DNA from: a virus
Lineage: Duplodnaviria > Caudoviricetes
Direction: 5' to 3' (one strand)
Length of the DNA stretch: 56,176 nucleotides
IMG/VR virus record: IMGVR_UViG_3300036976_000004
Coordinates: 1 to 56,176 of that record
Part shown: one piece after another, positions 53,440 through 56,176 of the stretch
Layout of the letters: each line of letters opens with the position of its first letter
Position numbering within the stretch: the stretch's first letter is position 1
The notes under the pieces: generated by a model
The model's input: the letters and a program-made list of their open reading frames with translations, nothing else
The model's database searches: none
Told to the model about the DNA's origin: nothing
Translations under genes and position numbers: made by a program

Positions 53440-54679
53440 CCTTGTGTAGTATTAAATGCTGAACACCTACAGATATAGACATAGCTGATGCTGTCTGAAC
53501 TCTTCTCACTTCTACACCTACAGTCTGCCCTGCCGTTAATTTAATTAGATCTGAGAAGTTGTAAGTATTATGTGAGGCTCGCGTTCTTTTCTCACATCTA
53601 GCCTGAGTATCAAGAGTTCCGTTTATCGTTACACCACAAATCAAATCGGCTACACTACCACTATCTATTCCTTGCAATTGGTAATCTATTTTATAAATCC
53701 CAGTAACCCCAACAGTCAACACTCCTGAACCTATTGTGAAATTATTCAACAACGCTGAATCAGGTTGTATTAATTGAGGCTGTAACGTTGGTTCTGATTC
53801 TCCAACATCGAAAGTTAAATTAGTTGTGTCGTAGCCTTTCGCATAAGCAGTACTTAAAGTCGGTATAATCCTAGATAGCTTATTCCATTCTCCTGATCTT
53901 AACTTTTGAAAGAACGCTATTTCATCAGCTGTTAATGTCAAACCTGAGTACTCAGGGTATGTGCCAACTTCGGTAGGGAACACTACTTCACCTTCTCTTT
54001 CATCTCCTGTTGGTTCGCTTGTAGTTTCAACACTACCTATGACCGATGATTTATAAGTTGCAGCTTCTTGAAGTTCATAAACATTAGGTGTCCCAGTGTA
54101 AACTATAAAAGAAGCCACCCCCTGTTTTGTTTGTATATTTTCAGCAGAAGCATCTTTAAATTGATATGTAGCTACTTCTTTTGCAGTCCACCAATCACCA
54201 GTAACAGGAGAAACAGGTGGTACAGTTGAAGCATCTGCAAGCAGCTGGAATTTGTCAGATTCTAATTTAGTATTAGCACCTAGATCAACACTAACCTTAT
54301 AAAAATATGTATTTCTTGAGAAAATGAAGTGTATCTGATTTTTCCCAAGATATAACCTTCTACCAAATTTATCATTAAAATTAGTCAAAAACCCATTAAG
54401 ACTAGATATATACCATTTGTTGAATCCAATAGGTTGAGATGGTGATTGATTCAATGATGTTATCCTTGTTTGAAATTCATCATTCTTAAGTGAGTCTAAC
54501 TGTGATTGAAGATTACTTACGTCTGTTTGTAATTGTTCTATCAAATCTAATATATCATTATCTAATTGACCACCTGGGTCTGATCCGTTCAATACATTAT
54601 TTAGATATATTAACGACTCGTTTATTTTTGATTTAGACACCTCACTCGAATCACCTATATTTATTAATTGTATACCCAT
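53432..54679 (-). CDS. Tail fibre-like protein with C-terminal C1q/BclA-like domain
   Basis: N-terminal I..GDS....KIN anchor, coiled coil; TGIYKIDYQ...IKLTAGQTV. Confidence 0.55.
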   Translation of the reverse strand: MGIQLINIGDSSEVSKSKINESLIYLNNVLNGSDPGGQLDNDILDLIEQLQTDVSNLQSQLDSLKNDEFQTRITSLNQSPSQPIGFNKWYISSLNGFLTNFNDKFGRRLYLGKNQIHFIFSRNTYFYKVSVDLGANTKLESDKFQLLADASTVPPVSPVTGDWWTAKEVATYQFKDASAENIQTKQGVASFIVYTGTPNVYELQEAATYKSSVIGSVETTSEPTGDEREGEVVFPTEVGTYPEYSGLTLTADEIAFFQKLRSGEWNKLSRIIPTLSTAYAKGYDTTNLTFDVGESEPTLQPQLIQPDSALLNNFTIGSGVLTVGVTGIYKIDYQLQGIDSGSVADLICGVTINGTLDTQARCEKRTRASHNTYNFSDLIKLTAGQTVGVEVRRVQTASAMSISVGVQHLILHKVS

Positions 54680-54681
54680 TT

Positions 54682-55473
54682 TTAATTAATTTTATTTACC
54701 CCTAAGATGTTTGTAGCAGTAAGATTTACACTTAAATTCACTAAATTAGTTCTACCTATCTTTGTTACGTCTGGGTTATCATTACTTATAAATTGGAAAG
54801 CTTTTTCTTCTATTGAGTTTGTTATAGATATATAGAAGTTTGTATGAGCTAATGCTACTTTTATTATTTCAGCTGTAGACCTATGTATCTCTGGTATGTC
54901 TAGTTTTATAATTCTTTGTATAGTCTCAAATGTTTTAGTCTCCTTACCTCCATTATCAAATACTGTACTTTCCCCTCCTGGCTCATACTCATTAAATAAT
55001 GCTTTTACACGCATCATATGAACGATATCAGTGCTATAATTTATGTAGTAGATATTGTCACGGTTAAACCATTGTAATTTATACCAGTTTTTATCAATTG
55101 AGGGTAGTACTTCGTATATATCTGATAACCATTTTTGTCCCGTAGGAGTATTAGTAGCTGAAAATCTTGTGTATTTATCGACTAAAGAAAAGTCTATTTC
55201 AAATTCCCAATATCTAAAAATACCTATAGTGGTAATTGTAGAAGGTATTTCAGCAACTGTTAATGGCACATTCCCATAGTAAAGTTTAGGGTTATCAGTA
55301 GCGGCTAAGCCAATAGCCTGAATTTTAATTGTGTCAGACTTTAGATATGTTATGTAACGATTATACGGCACATGATTTAATGATTGATTTTCAATGAAAA
55401 CACCGTCAAATGGGTCTATAGAATCCTTCTCTATAAACCTTATACTATTCGCTTTACTCCATGTTATCGCCAC
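54682..55473 (-). CDS. Putative distal tail/baseplate structural protein
   Basis: Beta-rich; leaderless GTG under late-class promoter. Confidence 0.45.
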   Translation of the reverse strand: MAITWSKANSIRFIEKDSIDPFDGVFIENQSLNHVPYNRYITYLKSDTIKIQAIGLAATDNPKLYYGNVPLTVAEIPSTITTIGIFRYWEFEIDFSLVDKYTRFSATNTPTGQKWLSDIYEVLPSIDKNWYKLQWFNRDNIYYINYSTDIVHMMRVKALFNEYEPGGESTVFDNGGKETKTFETIQRIIKLDIPEIHRSTAEIIKVALAHTNFYISITNSIEEKAFQFISNDNPDVTKIGRTNLVNLSVNLTATNILGVNKIN

Positions 55474-55477
55474 ACAA

Positions 55478-55511
55478 CAAAGATACGAATTTATTTAGAA
55501 TTGGTATAAAT
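55478..55511 (-). promoter_or_regulatory. Late-class promoter (gap 7), leaderless
   Basis: caaagata 55478-55485; atttagaattggtataaat 55493-55511. Confidence 0.8.
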
Positions 55512-55673
55512 TAAATGTTTGTGTAATTTCAATTAGATTTATTCTTAAATTTGTATAAAACAATAACAAACTAAGATGCAACTACCACATATGCGGTGTG
55601 GGTAAGTTGCCATTGCTTGTTGAATGACTTACCAACTTTAATTAGAAATATTAAATAACTTAAATAGTTAATT

Positions 55674-55853
55674 ATGTGGAAAAAAGTAACAGAATGGCCT
55701 CCAACAAAGAATAGGGTGATTATGACTAAAATTGAAGATGAAAATGGAACAAGGAACGAGCAAGAATTAAAGTTTGATGGTAAACTTTGGTGGTTGCCTG
55801 ATGGTAGTATGTATGTATATTACATACCTACACATTGGAAAAGTTTGGTTTAA
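55674..55853 (+). CDS. 59-aa DUF551-like protein (not in ORF track)
   Basis: MWKKVTEWPP...PTHWK motif; followed by GCGCCTAAC. Confidence 0.65.
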   Translation: MWKKVTEWPPTKNRVIMTKIEDENGTRNEQELKFDGKLWWLPDGSMYVYYIPTHWKSLV

Positions 55854-55855
55854 TT

Positions 55856-55904
55856 GCGCCTAACGTTGAGTAAATTTTATTTTTTATATACTCTTGTTAT
55901 GAAC
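55856..55904 (+). mobile_element. attC-like hairpin (locus G)
   Basis: GCGCCTAAC..gagta..tactc..GTTATGAAC. Confidence 0.5.
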
Positions 55905-56000
55905 TTTTAAAAATGAATTTAAAATATACAACAAAAACGATAGGTAGATACTTATAGGCATTTTAATTCCTTAAAACAACTTACAACTTACAACTCAAAC

Positions 56001-56035
56001 CAAAAACCGGGCGTAACTTAATGCACCCGGTTTTC
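56001..56035. terminator. Bidirectional intrinsic terminator
   Basis: aaaaaccgggcg..tgcacccggtttt. Confidence 0.7.
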
Positions 56036-56176
56036 TCTATTTAACCAACTAAACCTAACTTAATAGGAAAACATATGGATATTTTTATTTTTCCTTTTCA
56101 TCTTTAATCAATTTGCTACCGTAATAGCCTCCAAAGTAAAATACTACTATTGTAATTACCACATAGAACAACTGAT

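Noticed and set aside
2658-55279. Many short antisense or nested ORFs in the track (e.g. 2658-2957, 9687-10184, 29344-29676, 40673-41046, 43712-44143)
   Set aside because: Shadow frames overlapping well-supported genes, with no leaders or motifs

Overview
The window is an apparently complete, circularly assembled ~56 kb tailed-phage genome (98-bp end overlap; AT-rich). Portal, HK97-type capsid, prohead protease, terminase and a long tape measure point to a siphovirus. TAnnTTTG -7 promoters, A-rich Shine-Dalgarno-less leaders and DUF4373/DUF3127/DUF4494-type genes point to a Bacteroidota host. No integrase, reverse transcriptase or CRISPR array is recognisable. Four things stand out. (1) There is a dispersed integron-like gene-cassette system: about 15 attC-like hairpins with paired GTT.../...AAC cores at eight loci, but no integrase. 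Its polarity appears reversed, with the attC body upstream of the gene and in three cases supplying the start codon and N-terminus. (2) About 22 copies of a 19-bp palindrome (ATTTAGAATnnnTnTAAAT, Fur-box-like) sit exactly 7-8 nt upstream of the -7 element of structural operons and exactly 11 nt upstream for non-structural operons; many of these transcripts are leaderless. (3) A late-class promoter drives a ~64-nt RNA complementary to AAAUGAAAGAA start regions. (4) An unannotated 58-aa protein copies the capsid N-terminus. Also present: three tail-tube paralogues, two RNA ligases with a tRNA/ncRNA cluster, and a -1 frameshift signal in the gene after the portal. Family assignments come from motif recognition, not database searches.
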